A stretch of 64,000 nt of DNA from Macrostomum hystrix. Its lineage: Eukaryota; Animalia; Platyhelminthes. The first letter of the stretch is position 1. Every line of letters starts with the position of its first letter. The translations under genes and the position numbers were made by a program. The stretch spans positions 15,996,001 through 16,060,000 of the forward strand of contig CATNEN010000003.1 in assembly GCA_950097015.1 (NCBI GenBank), written 5' to 3'. This document shows, piece after piece, positions 47,780 to 60,049 of this stretch. The notes below the pieces were generated by a model. That model saw nothing but the letters and a program-made list of their open reading frames with translations. It was not told the DNA's origin and did not search any database.

Positions 47780-49600
47780 CGCACTATCGCAGCCTAAACC
47801 TTGATTGGAGATTGTTCATAGGGAATTCTCTATCAGTGCCATTAACAGTGTGCTGTAGAATTGGCTTGCGAACAAACTTTCCAACTGAATCATGGACATT
47901 AAGGTCCTTTTGTCTTAGTAAATCAATGAGTTCTTTCCACCCAGTTGGTTCACTGGTACGTTTCCTGTGCGCGAATGGAAGAGTAAAGCATGCAGTTTGA
48001 AATTTAGAGTAAAAAGAACACATTAAAACAAATATATCTTAGAAGTTTTGTTGTATGCTCACGAAAAAAACTGCACTATCCCATTAAAAAGAAACACTTA
48101 TTATAATTTAATAAAACATTTATTGCATAAGGCAAAGTATTGACCACAATCGTTATTGCTGCCATTGCGCTTCTGCTCAGAGAGAAGACCTTCGCGAAAG
48201 TCTTTGATGAACCTGTTCAAATATGCAGTAATTTATTCAAAAATGAAATACTGTGGAGCAAGATTTAGTTAGAAGTAGTTTGTAACATATATTTATGGAA
48301 CACGAAAATTATACGTAATACCCACGAACAACATTTACGTAAAATTTACGTTGAAAAAATCTACGTATATTTACGTAGATAAACCAAGCATACCAATTGG
48401 GCTGGTACATGGTAGTCTTCAAATCGTCAGGACAATCTTCAGCGAACAGAATTTCATCACACTTCATCTGCGCCTGTTTCATGGCCACATCAGTTACAGA
48501 TTCAGTGGGCTTTGCACTCTGTCTGCATTTCATAATCTGATTCCATAATTAAAACGATTTCATTGAATTTGTGCATTTGCCCTCCTCTTCTTCACAAGTT
48601 TCAGCAGAACTGGAAGAATCTTGACGAAAGCAGCAGTCAGCAAATCTGCAGCTTTTCTTTTCTTTGCAGGGATTCTGCGGATAATTTCCTTTGATTTTTC
48701 AAGTAGTCTTCTCTTGAGGTAATAGTGGTAAATGGTCTTGTAGTAGGTTGTGGCATGATTCAGCAAGGAAAATTCCAACTTCTTTTGGTCTTTCTTTTAT
48801 TAACATGCGCTTCAGGCGAATAGTGAGGTCAGGACTTCAAACAAACTTCGATGGCAGTCAAACACTTCCAAAATGATTTTTTCTTTGTTTGAACGACTAG
48901 GATGAGCACAAGTGATCCATTCTTAAGCATAGACCAGATTGGGGCGCTGATTGGGCAGAACTCGCGCTCGGACTCGTAGCTCATCCGGGTGGACGGGTGG
49001 AAATCCAGAAACAGATGCCCCCTGCCCTGCGATGTGACATGCTTGAACACCGCAAGTAGAAAACTCGGCTTCTCGGGAAAGCACTGCCTGCCCAATGCGG
49101 AAATCGGCAGCTGATCTCTGGGGTTCTTCATGATCACGTAGTAGATGGCATTCAAACTCATCGTCCGGAAAACTCCTTTCCCTTGAAAAACATGTTCTGA
49201 GTCAGCATCAACATAAAGCATGGCAGATGATGGGCTATTTCAGTAAAGATATTTTGCACTGAAGTAGAACTTGAGCTTTCATCAATCAAATCGTCAAACA
49301 CAACCAGGTCATTGGGTCTGAGTGCTGTCTCAAAGTTGTAGGGGAATCTCTGCTGCAAGTGGACCCCAAGGCTGCTCAGCTCAGCATGCGGCGTCTGTAC
49401 CATAGTACAATAGTACCAGAGCACTCTGCCAGGTTGAATGTCGAATAGGAATTCCCTATACTGAATTAGATGCTTCACAAAGGTTGTCTTTCCCGGATTT
49501 GTGGGACCGCTGAGAATCATGCAGCTGACGTGACGCAGGCGAACATCGCAGCATGCTAGCTTTCTTTTGAGATTCCATCTGTACAATAGACTTTCAGAAT
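47780..49600 (-). mobile_element. Degenerate Maverick/Polinton (adintovirus-like) fragment with A32-like packaging ATPase
   Basis: Walker A SGPTNPGKTTFV, Walker B LVVFDDL, LTQN, RTMSLNAIY, KNPRD, LFLDFHP; frameshift at ~49185; downstream small basic ORF and PxGW-containing ORF. Confidence 0.85.
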
Positions 49601-50639
49601 ATACTCAAGGCTTCTGGCTTTTTCTTAAGCCAACTTCAAATTGCCTGAGTACTTTACAAGTTACTGACTACTAAACGTCAATGGCGCAAACAAGGAATTT
49701 AGGAACATACCGTCGCTAATAAGCTTCCTCATAAGCTTATATGGAACTTTATTACACGTTGAAGAGCTTGTTTGGCTCTGTCTTCCAGTTTCTAGTCAAA
49801 TACGAGCGCTCGAAGTTTTGTACTTTATATTCTCCTGTTGCCTCCTATATATTGTTTACATACTTCAATTATAAGGTGATAAAGTTATAAGCTTCCAGTC
49901 ATGCGCAAATAAAAAAGTTCAATTGCTAGTTTGTTATATTTTCCGTCAAATAATTGTTTTCTGTAAACTTTATTAGTTTTGACATAGCTAGTCTATTCTA
50001 AAAGTCTTGCTTGTAGAATCCGCGGTTTTATTGAAGATTTAGTGCTGAAAACGAAAGTTACTGTATTTGCTTATAGTAGATTTTATGGAAATTGATTTAC
50101 CGATGGAGCTAATGGATCTCATCGCGATAAAATATATAATAATTATAAATATTGATTTCGTTCATTTTACGTTGAATAGATTTCTATAAGCTGCAGAAAT
50201 TGAGTGCTCTTTATTGCACAATTCAATTTGTTGTTACCGGCCTCCTTTGCAGACAGAAATGGGAGGTTCCTAACGGTGCCCACCGAGGCCTCACTTTTCG
50301 GCGAAAAAAAGGAGGGGGCCGTAATAATTGTATTGTTAGCAGGCTTTTTACCATAGATAAAAGATGAACACATCAGTCTATTTACATAGTCAAGCGCAGC
50401 CCCCGCTTGGGGTGTGGGAGCGAAAGCACCCCATATAACCATAGACTTTCAGAAAATGTTGAAGAGAAGCCCCATCAGTGAGAAAGCAGCGCTTGACTCA
50501 AATTTAAGCAATCGATAGTCTTGCCATAGACTATAATCGTCGTCAGGGAAGGTTTGAGACTTTTTATAAGAGAGCGAGTATAAGAAAGAAAAAAGACAGC
50601 AAATGATTAAATAAGAGAAAAGAAAATGCGGTCAATTCC

Positions 50640-51260
50640 AATTCTAAAAGAATCGAAGACGAGATTTCCGGACTTATTCAAGAGATGTCGTTAATTGTGT
50701 TCAGCGACAACGTGCCTTCTGGAATTTCATCAAACACCGGTCTAACTGTGGAACAGACACAGGATCTAGAGGCTTTCGATAAGTGGCTACATGAGAGTGA
50801 CGACACGTCGAGTCTGGGTCGTCGAGTCTACTCGAGTCTACGTCGAGTCAGAGACAGGGGTGTGGGGCAGAGCCCCCACTTCGGGGTGCCATAGACATTT
50901 TAGCCTCAGTAAGCCATTCCTATTGGTCAATGCCTTTTTCGGGTGGTTAATGGGTAATGGCTATCCATTTTCTCGACATGCGAAGCAAAGACGGGCTCTT
51001 GCTTCTACGCTACGTACGCCGCACGTTTCCGTGCGGCGTACGTTGACGATCGAGGACTGACATCGCAACTTGAGACAATACCGACTCGATATTTATGTCA
51101 CTATCTGCGCCTGTATTTTTCTGTGGTTAAAAAGGATGATGGAACGAAGCTCAGAAAGTACGGCATTCTGAGCTTCTTGTGATGCTGGTGCTTGTCTATG
51201 GCTAGGACCAAAAAATCGAGCTTCTGGCGATCCAGATATATTATTCATCCATGGTTGCTG
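50640..51260 (+). mobile_element. Possible Crypton-like tyrosine-recombinase transposon relic
   Basis: LCHYLRLYFSVVKKDDGT at ~51095-51150 resembles the Crypton/DUF3504-associated N-terminal region; clustered CCATAGAC motifs. Confidence 0.35.
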
Positions 51261-52328
51261 CTAATATGTGACCAGAGCTTTCGGGCCGCAGCCGCACTGT
51301 CTATGGAAATGAAGATACGGAAATGTCTATGGCTGCATGCAGAGCGGCCCTTCCGCAGGCTCATGGTTAAAAGCAGGTCCTTCCACACCCCTTCTGCCAT
51401 AGACTATGAAGTTAGAGACAGGGCCCCTTTCAATTTCGAAGGTTTATGTGGGGTGACAAGGAAACTAGCAAACTTGTCTTTTCGTTTTTGCCCGGCCAAA
51501 CTGCTCGAACGACCTGCTTACAGTTTAATTGATTTCAGAGAGCCAAGAAAAAAATATTCATCAACTGCAATTCGAAGTATATATAAGTCAGCCTTTGTGT
51601 AAGCCCTCCATATGCGTAGGCTATATCTAAACAGGCTACCCATATACTATTGACATAAAGCTGCAGGATCTATTATTATATCAACAACGAGCATTCGTAT
51701 AGGATCTAATATATTTTATACGCAGCTGATAGCATTAAACTTGTAGAGATGACAATTATATTTTAATTAGAGAGAACTGATCCATACTTTTTGTATATCA
51801 GAGTGAACTGCGTACGCTATTATATGCACAGACCGATAATGATAGGGTCTATTGTATGTACGAAGACTGCATGGCCTATTATACTAACAGCCTGTAGGGC
51901 CTATTATATTGACAAAGCTTTTAGGGCCTACTATATTAACATACTTACACAGCCTATTTTGTCATCACAGGTCATCACAGGCTTTTTGTCAGTAAAATGT
52001 ATTTATAGAAAGCTATAACAAGACTGAAAATTCTAATCACTTTTGGCAAATATAGGTATGATAAGAAGCAACTTACAGTGTGTTACTTACTTGATAAAGA
52101 AAATATACTTTTCATCGCAAATTGTATCTAGCTGCCTAGCAGTAGCAGTCAAGTCAAGTTAACTGGTTTGCTATATTCAATTCTGGTAGATAAACAAAAT
52201 AGAATTTTTTTACAACCTGTGTGCGCAATAAAGGTTTGAAGTTATGAGCATATATTATAAAAACTATTTTAATACTCGTACGTTTATGTTGTACTGAGCA
52301 GACTAAGCATAATTTACCTTATTTTAAG

Positions 52329-52607
52329 CAGGGACCACTATAAAGCACTTTAAAAAGAAGATGGACGGGACACGTCGTTTCTAGTTTTATAAATTTTATT
52401 ATTATTTTCTGAATTTTTCATGCTTTTCACATAAAATGTTGATAACTTATTATTGGAAGCACATCCAATGCTGTTCTTTTGATAAATTTTGATAAAATGT
52501 TATCAACAGTTTATGTCAGAATCAAGAAAAATGTCTATGTTGTTAGTGCATTTACAGTAAATTTTCGCGGACACAAAGTGTCCAATCCGTCTTCTCTGTG
52601 GTCCTTG
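52329..52607. mobile_element. 279-bp MITE
   Basis: TIR CA(G/A)GGACCAC; 8-bp TSD ATTTTAAG/ATTTTAAC; the empty site is present at the paralogous position near 33480. Confidence 0.85.
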
Positions 52608-52820
52608 ATTTTAACTTGCAATGTAAATGCATAATTTTAATACAACATCAAGTTTATAGCACTCGCCTTAATTGTTGCTAGCTTGTAAGTAGCAGAAGTA
52701 TCTAATGGAGCAGTTTTATCATTTTCATTTCTATTCATATTTGCGCATTCCTATTGCCTTTTTTCAGCATTACTAAAAATAGCAAAAAGGTAAATTAAGG
52801 ACGTAATCAAGCCACTTGCC

Positions 52821-52878
52821 ATGTCTCTGCTTACACAGTGTATTTTGGTGACAGTTACGTCATTTGCTTTATTTAAAA
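52821..52878 (+). CDS. IgSF gene B, exon 1, signal peptide (MSLLTQCILVTVTSFALFK)
   Basis: ATG, hydrophobic core, GTGAGT donor in phase 1. Confidence 0.78.
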
Positions 52879-53008
52879 GTGAGTCAGTTTTTATTAATTA
52901 AATGGCCAGTTATAAGAAATAATGAATGTCATGAACTCAGTCATAAATGTGAATTCATTTATTAGGGTCAGGAAGACAACTTTTGATCATAGCTTGTTAT
53001 AAATTTAG

Positions 53009-53454
53009 GCTCCTCAAGTCAGCAAGTGACAATGAAGGTGGAGCCAGGTTTAGCCGTCACTGGAAATCGAGTTAGCTTCAACTGCTCTGGTCCGGCACCA
53101 AACACAGATTCGGCTGCTGTCTACTACACTCTGATGCTTGGAACTAAGGTAGTTGCTGATGTTCAGTACAATTGTCAGAAAAAGAAATTTCTCTTCAAGC
53201 AATGTAAATTAGCTGGATGCAACACAGATGAAACTACATGCGATTCTTTGATTATCAAAGACGTCCTGGCACAGCGAGACACCATGCAGGGAGATTACTA
53301 TTGCAAGGTGGAGCAACTTAGCCAGAGCATTAGATTTATCCAATTTCCAACATCCTCGCACGTCCGTCTAACTGTTGGCGATAAAACTCCACCGATATGC
53401 GAATTCCGCATTCTCAACAAGGAAACTAGCATTGAGATTGCCAACGGAACTGAG
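53009..53454 (+). CDS. IgSF gene B, exon 2, V-like Ig domain
   Basis: Paralog of 30756-31198; intact splice sites and frame. Confidence 0.88.
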
Positions 53455-53855
53455 GTGAGATAAATTAATGAGCTTGTGTGATACCTGTTATTACTTCCCC
53501 CTTTGCTCTGTGTTAGTTTACACTCGTTCGCTCTCTTACTCTGCTTTCTCTATCCCTATATGTGTTCAACTATTTAGCTAACCCTTACTTCTCTCTCCTC
53601 TCCCTCGTATCTGATTGGCTAGCTGTTTGTATGACTTTCCACCCCCTCATCTTCATATCTTACCCCCTGTCCCGACTTTACTCCTGTTACATACAAGACA
53701 CAATGTGAGTGTAGTGTCACTGCCTAAAGATAGTCAGGACAGATGTACTGACACCATCAAACTCAAATACTCTTACCCACCTGTCGTATCTGCCAGCTGG
53801 CGGCTGACACCAAATGATGAGTTTCCCCCACCTCCCCACCTGTCTTAACTGCCAG

Positions 53856-54084
53856 CTGGCGGCTGGCACCAGCATTAACATCCGGTGCGAGACGCTAAAG
53901 GTCACACCAGAGCCCAGCTTCGTAGTGAGCATCAGCGGCCGAGAGAACAGCACAAATCTCACAGTTGGCTACGCGGTGGAATTTGACGATACAATGCCAA
54001 GAGAGCCGATTGTTACCTTCCGCTGCGAGGTGTTTAACGGATTCGGCGAGAGGCAGACAAAACAGATTGTACTACTGGCTACTT
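53856..54084 (+). CDS. IgSF gene B, exon 3, second Ig-like domain
   Basis: Paralog of 30167-30395; intact splice sites and frame. Confidence 0.85.
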
Positions 54085-55360
54085 GTGAGTGTCGAGTGGG
54101 GGGTCGCTGGTTTGAATCTTCAAGCCAAAGTAATATGCTCTTTCAAATTCTGACCAAGAGTTCGATTCAGAGGTACTGAATTGAAACCTTTATCTCCGAA
54201 TTTCCAAGTGCATTAATTCACCCAGATAGGATAGAAATTTTGGTGAAACTCCGCCCAAATATCAGGTAATAAAATTTGCAGGTAATAGAATCTTTATATA
54301 ACATAATATTCAGGTCATGAAATCTTTAGGTAGTTTAATATTTTGGTAAACGAGTCTTTAGGTAGTGAAATCTTCAGGTAATTAACAAATAACCTGAAAA
54401 ACCAGCAAATAACTAAAGCCCCAAAGCAGCAGAGAACTAATGTCCCCTTAGATATCTAATGCTTTTCCACAAAAAGCTGCCATGCAATTTATTTGATATC
54501 TCATACTGCTATCCATTGACATCTAGCGCTAAAATATCCTTTACTTTCATGTTCTGCTTCGAATTATTATGCTTTCAAAATATAAAAAACTGTAATTGCT
54601 TCAATTCCCTGCTTGAAAGCACGCTAAAATTTAGAAGAACAATGTTATTTGCTCTAATTAAATTATTTTCTCCTAGTTTTTAATCTAATAAAAACTAGAT
54701 TGAAAATCTAATAAAAACTGCAAAACATTGATTGCAGCAATGCTCGAAACACTATTATTTAGTTTTTTTAGAAAGGCCGCTAGGCCTAACACTTAAGGTT
54801 TGCAGCAATGCTCAATAATATTTCATTGGTTTTAGTATCGAATAATGCTAAAAGCTACGTACACGCTAATTAAACAGCCACTTTCATTTTGCTTTCGCTT
54901 CTTATTATAGTCAATCAATTTGAATTGGATTTTTTCAGATTACTCGTGAGATTTTTTAATGGTGAATTGAATTAAGTTAAAGACGACAGATTGCTCTTTG
55001 ATTAGAAAAAATCTCTAACGCTTGATTGTCTTTTAAGCTTCAGCTTTTGTACAAGCTTTGTGTTTTTCTTGCCTGTTTAGGTAAGTGACTTAATTAGGCA
55101 GTGCAGAAAGGCACTTGACTTTTTGTCTGCTGTGTTTTGCTTGTGTAGTAGCTTATTTAAATTTCTCTTTTTATCTTTACTATCTGCCCCTCCCATCTTC
55201 TTTACTTCTTTACCTCTCTTCCTCCCTACCTCTCCCATCTTGCTCTCCCTTCCTCTCTCCGTTGTACTACTCAACTTTTAGTTGTGATCCTGTTAATAGG
55301 CAAGTAAAGTTTTATATATTTTATTCAAAAATTTCCTTCGATTTTGGCCTAATTTCGCAG

Positions 55361-55455
55361 CTAAAATCTCGACCAGACGTCTGCCAAACCGGCAAAACTC
55401 GACTATGATGACCACTGGCACGCTGGCATATAGTGATTTTGGCAATTCTGGCTAA
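55361..55455 (+). CDS. IgSF gene B, last exon: frameshifted, truncated TM-exon homolog (SKISTRRLPNRQNSTMMTTGTLAYSDFGNSG*)
   Basis: Acceptor and ATGATGACC...TAGTGATTTTGGCAATTCTGGCT are homologous to the gene A TM exon; a small duplication shifts frame and homology then stops. Confidence 0.6.
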
Positions 55456-58169
55456 TCTACTGGAATCGATGTGTATTAACAATCGCAAGCATACCATAAC
55501 CCATACATACCTAAACAATTGGAGCTTATGTCATGACTTGTGAGTTTCTAATACTCGTACAAGGCTTTTCAGTTATCAGTAAGGCACTCGTTTTTATAAT
55601 TAAAATGTCAAAGCCTGTAAAGTTGGGAGTGTTGCGTTTATCTATAAGTGTTTTAGAGTTTATCGTACATTTAAGTAAACTAATATAATATATATTGTCT
55701 AGATGGTGTAAACTAGGTTTTGTATTGTACGTGAAGCAAACGCGGCTAACAATTATCTAACTGTTTGTAACCGTTGTGCTAGATTTAACTAGCATTCTGT
55801 TGGATGAACATGTATGGATTGTTGCATTTTATTACCTAATCAAAAAGCAAACCCGTTATTCGATAAAGTGTCTGTTAATGTTTCTTTTGTGGTACTTGTG
55901 GTGAAATAATTTGGCATCTTGCAAGTAAAAAGAACTCTTGAACCGGAAAAAATTCAATGTCTTTTAATTCAGACGTTTAATCAAGCAGGTTATTATATTA
56001 TATTTCCGTTTTTTGTTATGGCGCATGTTGGCTAACTGGCCTGAATAATTCCTCTGTCCTTATTCAAAATTTACAATCCGTCTAATATATTAGGCAGGGT
56101 AGCGATAATACACGGCAAATATTACGTTAATTGCTAATTATCATGACTTTACTATACTGTGTATAATTTAAATATTAGACACGTGAAGCAATTTAAAAAG
56201 CCATTTGAAAATCCAAAAAGCTACCTAACGAAATTACCTGCCTCTAGTGACGTCTAGTCTTCGATTAGCCCTATATGTCTTCTAGCTGTCTTGCTTATGA
56301 CAAAATAAAAAGCAGCAAACAATTGTTTTTAGTACCTATACTAGTGCTAGCAGTAATTTATTTCATTTGACAGCTTTAACGTATTCAACTTGAAGATTGC
56401 ATGTAAAATAGATTTTTGTAGTTAACATAAACATAGCAATGTGCATGCAACTTTCTTTACATTACAAGATATAATATTTGCTTTTTTGTAGGCCTAATTT
56501 TCATAATTAGCATAAGCGTCAGTAAGTGTATTTATTTATTATAGCCATGGCCTCTTCCACTTAAAGGCCTAAAGGCCTTATAGCTTCTGATAAGTTCCTT
56601 GTTTCTCGTTAAGGAATTTATCACTTCCAGCAACTGCTGGGTGCCCCAATTAATACGAAATTGGCAAAAGTTGTAGATCTTACCTTCTTTAGATTAGTTG
56701 TTCTCTTGTCTCTCTTTGGTTGCTGCAGGCTTTGATATTCTGGCTTTGTTTGGCTTCTGGTTGCCCTTCAGTTACCTGGATCGTTCGAATACTCTTTTAT
56801 TCTCTTTGTTTCTGTTGCAGTTACAACGGACCAATAGTAATTATTGAACCTAGGTTGGGTGCTGTGTCTTCCTGACTTCGATTTGTCGTTGACGTCGATT
56901 AACCAATAGTCACTTGTGGAGTGTGTTCCTTCTTGCCAGCTTTGGTAGGTTCTCCATGTAATCACACGTCTGTATTTATAGAGAATCGAACCCTCTCGGG
57001 TTCGATGAGTGCGTTCAATGTACAGGTGTCAAACTGGTGTCAAAAAGTTTGGTTCAACGCTTGAAAACTTGAGAGGATAGACTTTTTGACAACTAAAGTA
57101 GTAGAAACGCAAAAAGATGGATTATCACTTTCTTGACCTTTTGATTGATTTTGGGTAACATGATTGGTTTGATTGTTGGTTGCTATGACATAAAAATATA
57201 TTTGATACTATTAATAGTAGTCACATGACATTTGATTGGTTCGTTTGTCCTTTTTTGTGAAATGAATCACATGCTGTACTTGTATGTATTTGGTTCGAAT
57301 TTTCTAAAAATACTACTAAGCGGATGAGTAGAGTAGCTAGCGCATGATTGGTTAAAATAAATATTACCGTAATTCTGCACTCTACACTTCCTCCTAAGTG
57401 TGGCCTTTTTGTACATTTTGTTCATTTCATTCAAATTGCAAAACTTTTAATTTTTAGCATTTTTTGAATTCAGGGCCTATGTACCTAAGCTAAGCAACGG
57501 TTAATAGCCTTTCTGTGATATCCCTTTCCTCTTCTGTATTATTATTTATATAATTAAATCTACCAAGCCAAGCCAAGGCTTAAATGCCTTTTAATTACTC
57601 TTAAAACTTTTAGTTCCAACAAAGGCCTAGTGCTAAAATGGTTCAATCATACGGCCTATGGATATATAAAATTTAAAGTTTAACAATGGCTAATACAATT
57701 TATCTTTGTAGCTAATGCAGTAATGATGGATGATATTGTTGAAGAATGGAATATTTCAGACTCTTCAATGTCTAGTTTTCTTTTGCTACCTACAATTGCT
57801 ACAGCAGCAAATTTTAATTTACAGTTGCCTAATTTATCTAGTTCCTTATCACATGGACATGGCGATAGTTTTTCATATAAATATGACTAATACTAGTAGC
57901 AACTCAGAGGAAGACCTTTCTTTAATGGAGTTAAATTCTAATGCCAGTTTTTATAGTTCAGATCAAACCTCTTTGGCATTGCATCCAGAACCATGTAAGA
58001 GTGAACTTGAACATCTGGAAGTGAATCCATAGGCCCAAATTGGCAATACTTCTCTTCAGAAAGCCTATACAGTTGCTCCTCAGACTCAGTAAGTTGATGT
58101 TGCACTCAAAGCTGCTTCTTTAGAAGCTGATTTAGTATAATTCTGAAGAGAAAAAAATTGATGGGTTAA

Positions 58170-59750
58170 CTATGACACTTCTATATTGAAGAAACTTCAT
58201 CCGTCTCATCCAAATTTGCCTTGTGGTGCAGGGAGCTCAGATTTTGATTCTGCAACTAACGGCAATTCATATGAAAGCAAGATTGTCTCACCCGGCAAGT
58301 ATAGTCATTTTGGCATTGAGGCTGGGCTACAGTCTACACTACAGCATTTGAAGCTGAAGGAAAAAAGCACTAGATTTAATTCTCCACATTGATGGCGTCT
58401 GGGTCTATAAAATTGTGCAAAAGGAATTTTGGTCTATCCTTGTTGGGTTGGTGTTTTGTTGCTGGCATTTATCATGGTTCTGCTAAACCAGACTGTCCAA
58501 ATGACTATCTTAGTGACTGTGTTCAAGAATTGGAAAGTCTACTAGCCAATCGAGTTATTGTTGCTGAGAATTGTTCAGTATTGCAATTTCACATATTTCA
58601 TGTGACTCTATGGCAAAGGCATTTATTAAAAAATATCAAGTATCCAACTGGATTCTTTGCTTGCGATCGCTGTCTAACAGTAGGAAAAAGTGAAGATGGT
58701 AGCAGGCGTTTCTTAGAGCACGATGCAATGCGCCGTACAGACCAGGATTTTAGAGACCAAGTACAAGCTCAGCATCATCGTGGGACTTCACTCGTTGCAA
58801 CACTACCATCTATCAATTCTGTTACAGATTTTCCAAATGATTATATGCATTCTGTTTGCCAAGGTATCATTCTGAGGATGCTGGAATTGCTACGAGACAA
58901 GGACTGCACTGTGACTTGATAAAAAAGGGCTTCATGAAATAAATGTAGACATAATTGACTCTATAGACTGGGTGCCCAGCGATTTTCAAAGGGGACCTCA
59001 AAGTTTTAATTTGTTGTCGAAGTGGAACGCAACAGAGTTAAGATTTTTTGGTTTGTATATTGGCCATTTACAGGCCTGAAATTGGTGAAAGCTACGTTGG
59101 CTTTCCATTATAATGCGAATTTTGTGTCACCCAACACCCTGCGTAGTACAGGTTTAGAGATTTAGAGAGGGTGGCCGCGAACAAAACTGCAGGTGCCTAT
59201 GCTCAGGATTTGGCTGCAGCATTTTTTAATAAGTATAGGGCAGAATTTAGTGCCAAGTTCATGTCACTAACTGTTCACTCACTGATTCATCTTGTTGAAG
59301 ACTGTCAAACTAGAGGTTCTGCTGATCGTTTCAGCTGCTTTCGATTTGAAAGCTTTTTACGTTTGTTGTTGGCTCCATCAGGTCCTCTAAGAAACCATTG
59401 GAGCAATTCAGCAACTTTGTCAGAAGACATGGTCAACATCTAGGCCCTGGCTCACACAGCGCAATGTGTCTCAAAGCCACTAGTTTGGACCAACTGAAAG
59501 ACAAAATTGTTGCTGGATTTGCATGGAAAGATTTCAGTCGGCTTTATCGCTGTATAAAACTTGAGTCTATGTCGATTGACTCCTTAACTTAAAAGCAAAT
59601 CGCTATGTGCTTACTAAGTCTGATTCAGTTCTGAAGCTACAATGTATTGCTGTTTTGGATAATCAATTTTATCTGATTGGTTATAAGCTTTTAAACAGAT
59701 GTGCTGCATTTGAGTCCCCTCTTTCATCTGAAGCAGTTGTGACGTTGTCA
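58170..59750 (+). pseudogene. Degenerate CACTA/EnSpm (CMC) transposase
   Basis: GIYHGSAKP, IKYPTGFFACDRC, RRTDQDF, DYMHSVCQG, KWNATELR, VHSLIHL, FSCFRFES motifs, broken by stops and frameshifts. Confidence 0.85.
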
Positions 59751-60049
59751 CTTTGCATAGAAAGTCCATTTGCCTCCGTTCCCTGCGTTTTCGTATATAT
59801 TTCATTCAATATACATATTGCTGATTTCACACCTTTACGTTTCTAGCAGTTGTGTTTCTATATTGGTACTGTCAGTAGACGTCAACGTACAACATTCTGC
59901 CCCTAAGATGTTTTCGCAAATGTATCAATGTTATTCTCCCTCAGCCAATGAACGTGCGAGCTCTCTGTTTGCTCAATTTATCGATCGCTCTCGTTTTCAG
60001 TCGGCCCAGCCTTTAAATAAAATTTTAATATTTTATTTAAAATATAGCC

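Noticed and set aside
56985-57006. Perfect hairpin ATCGAACCC-TCTC-GGGTTCGAT
   Set aside because: No Helitron CTRR end or tRNA cloverleaf around it; an isolated 9-bp stem
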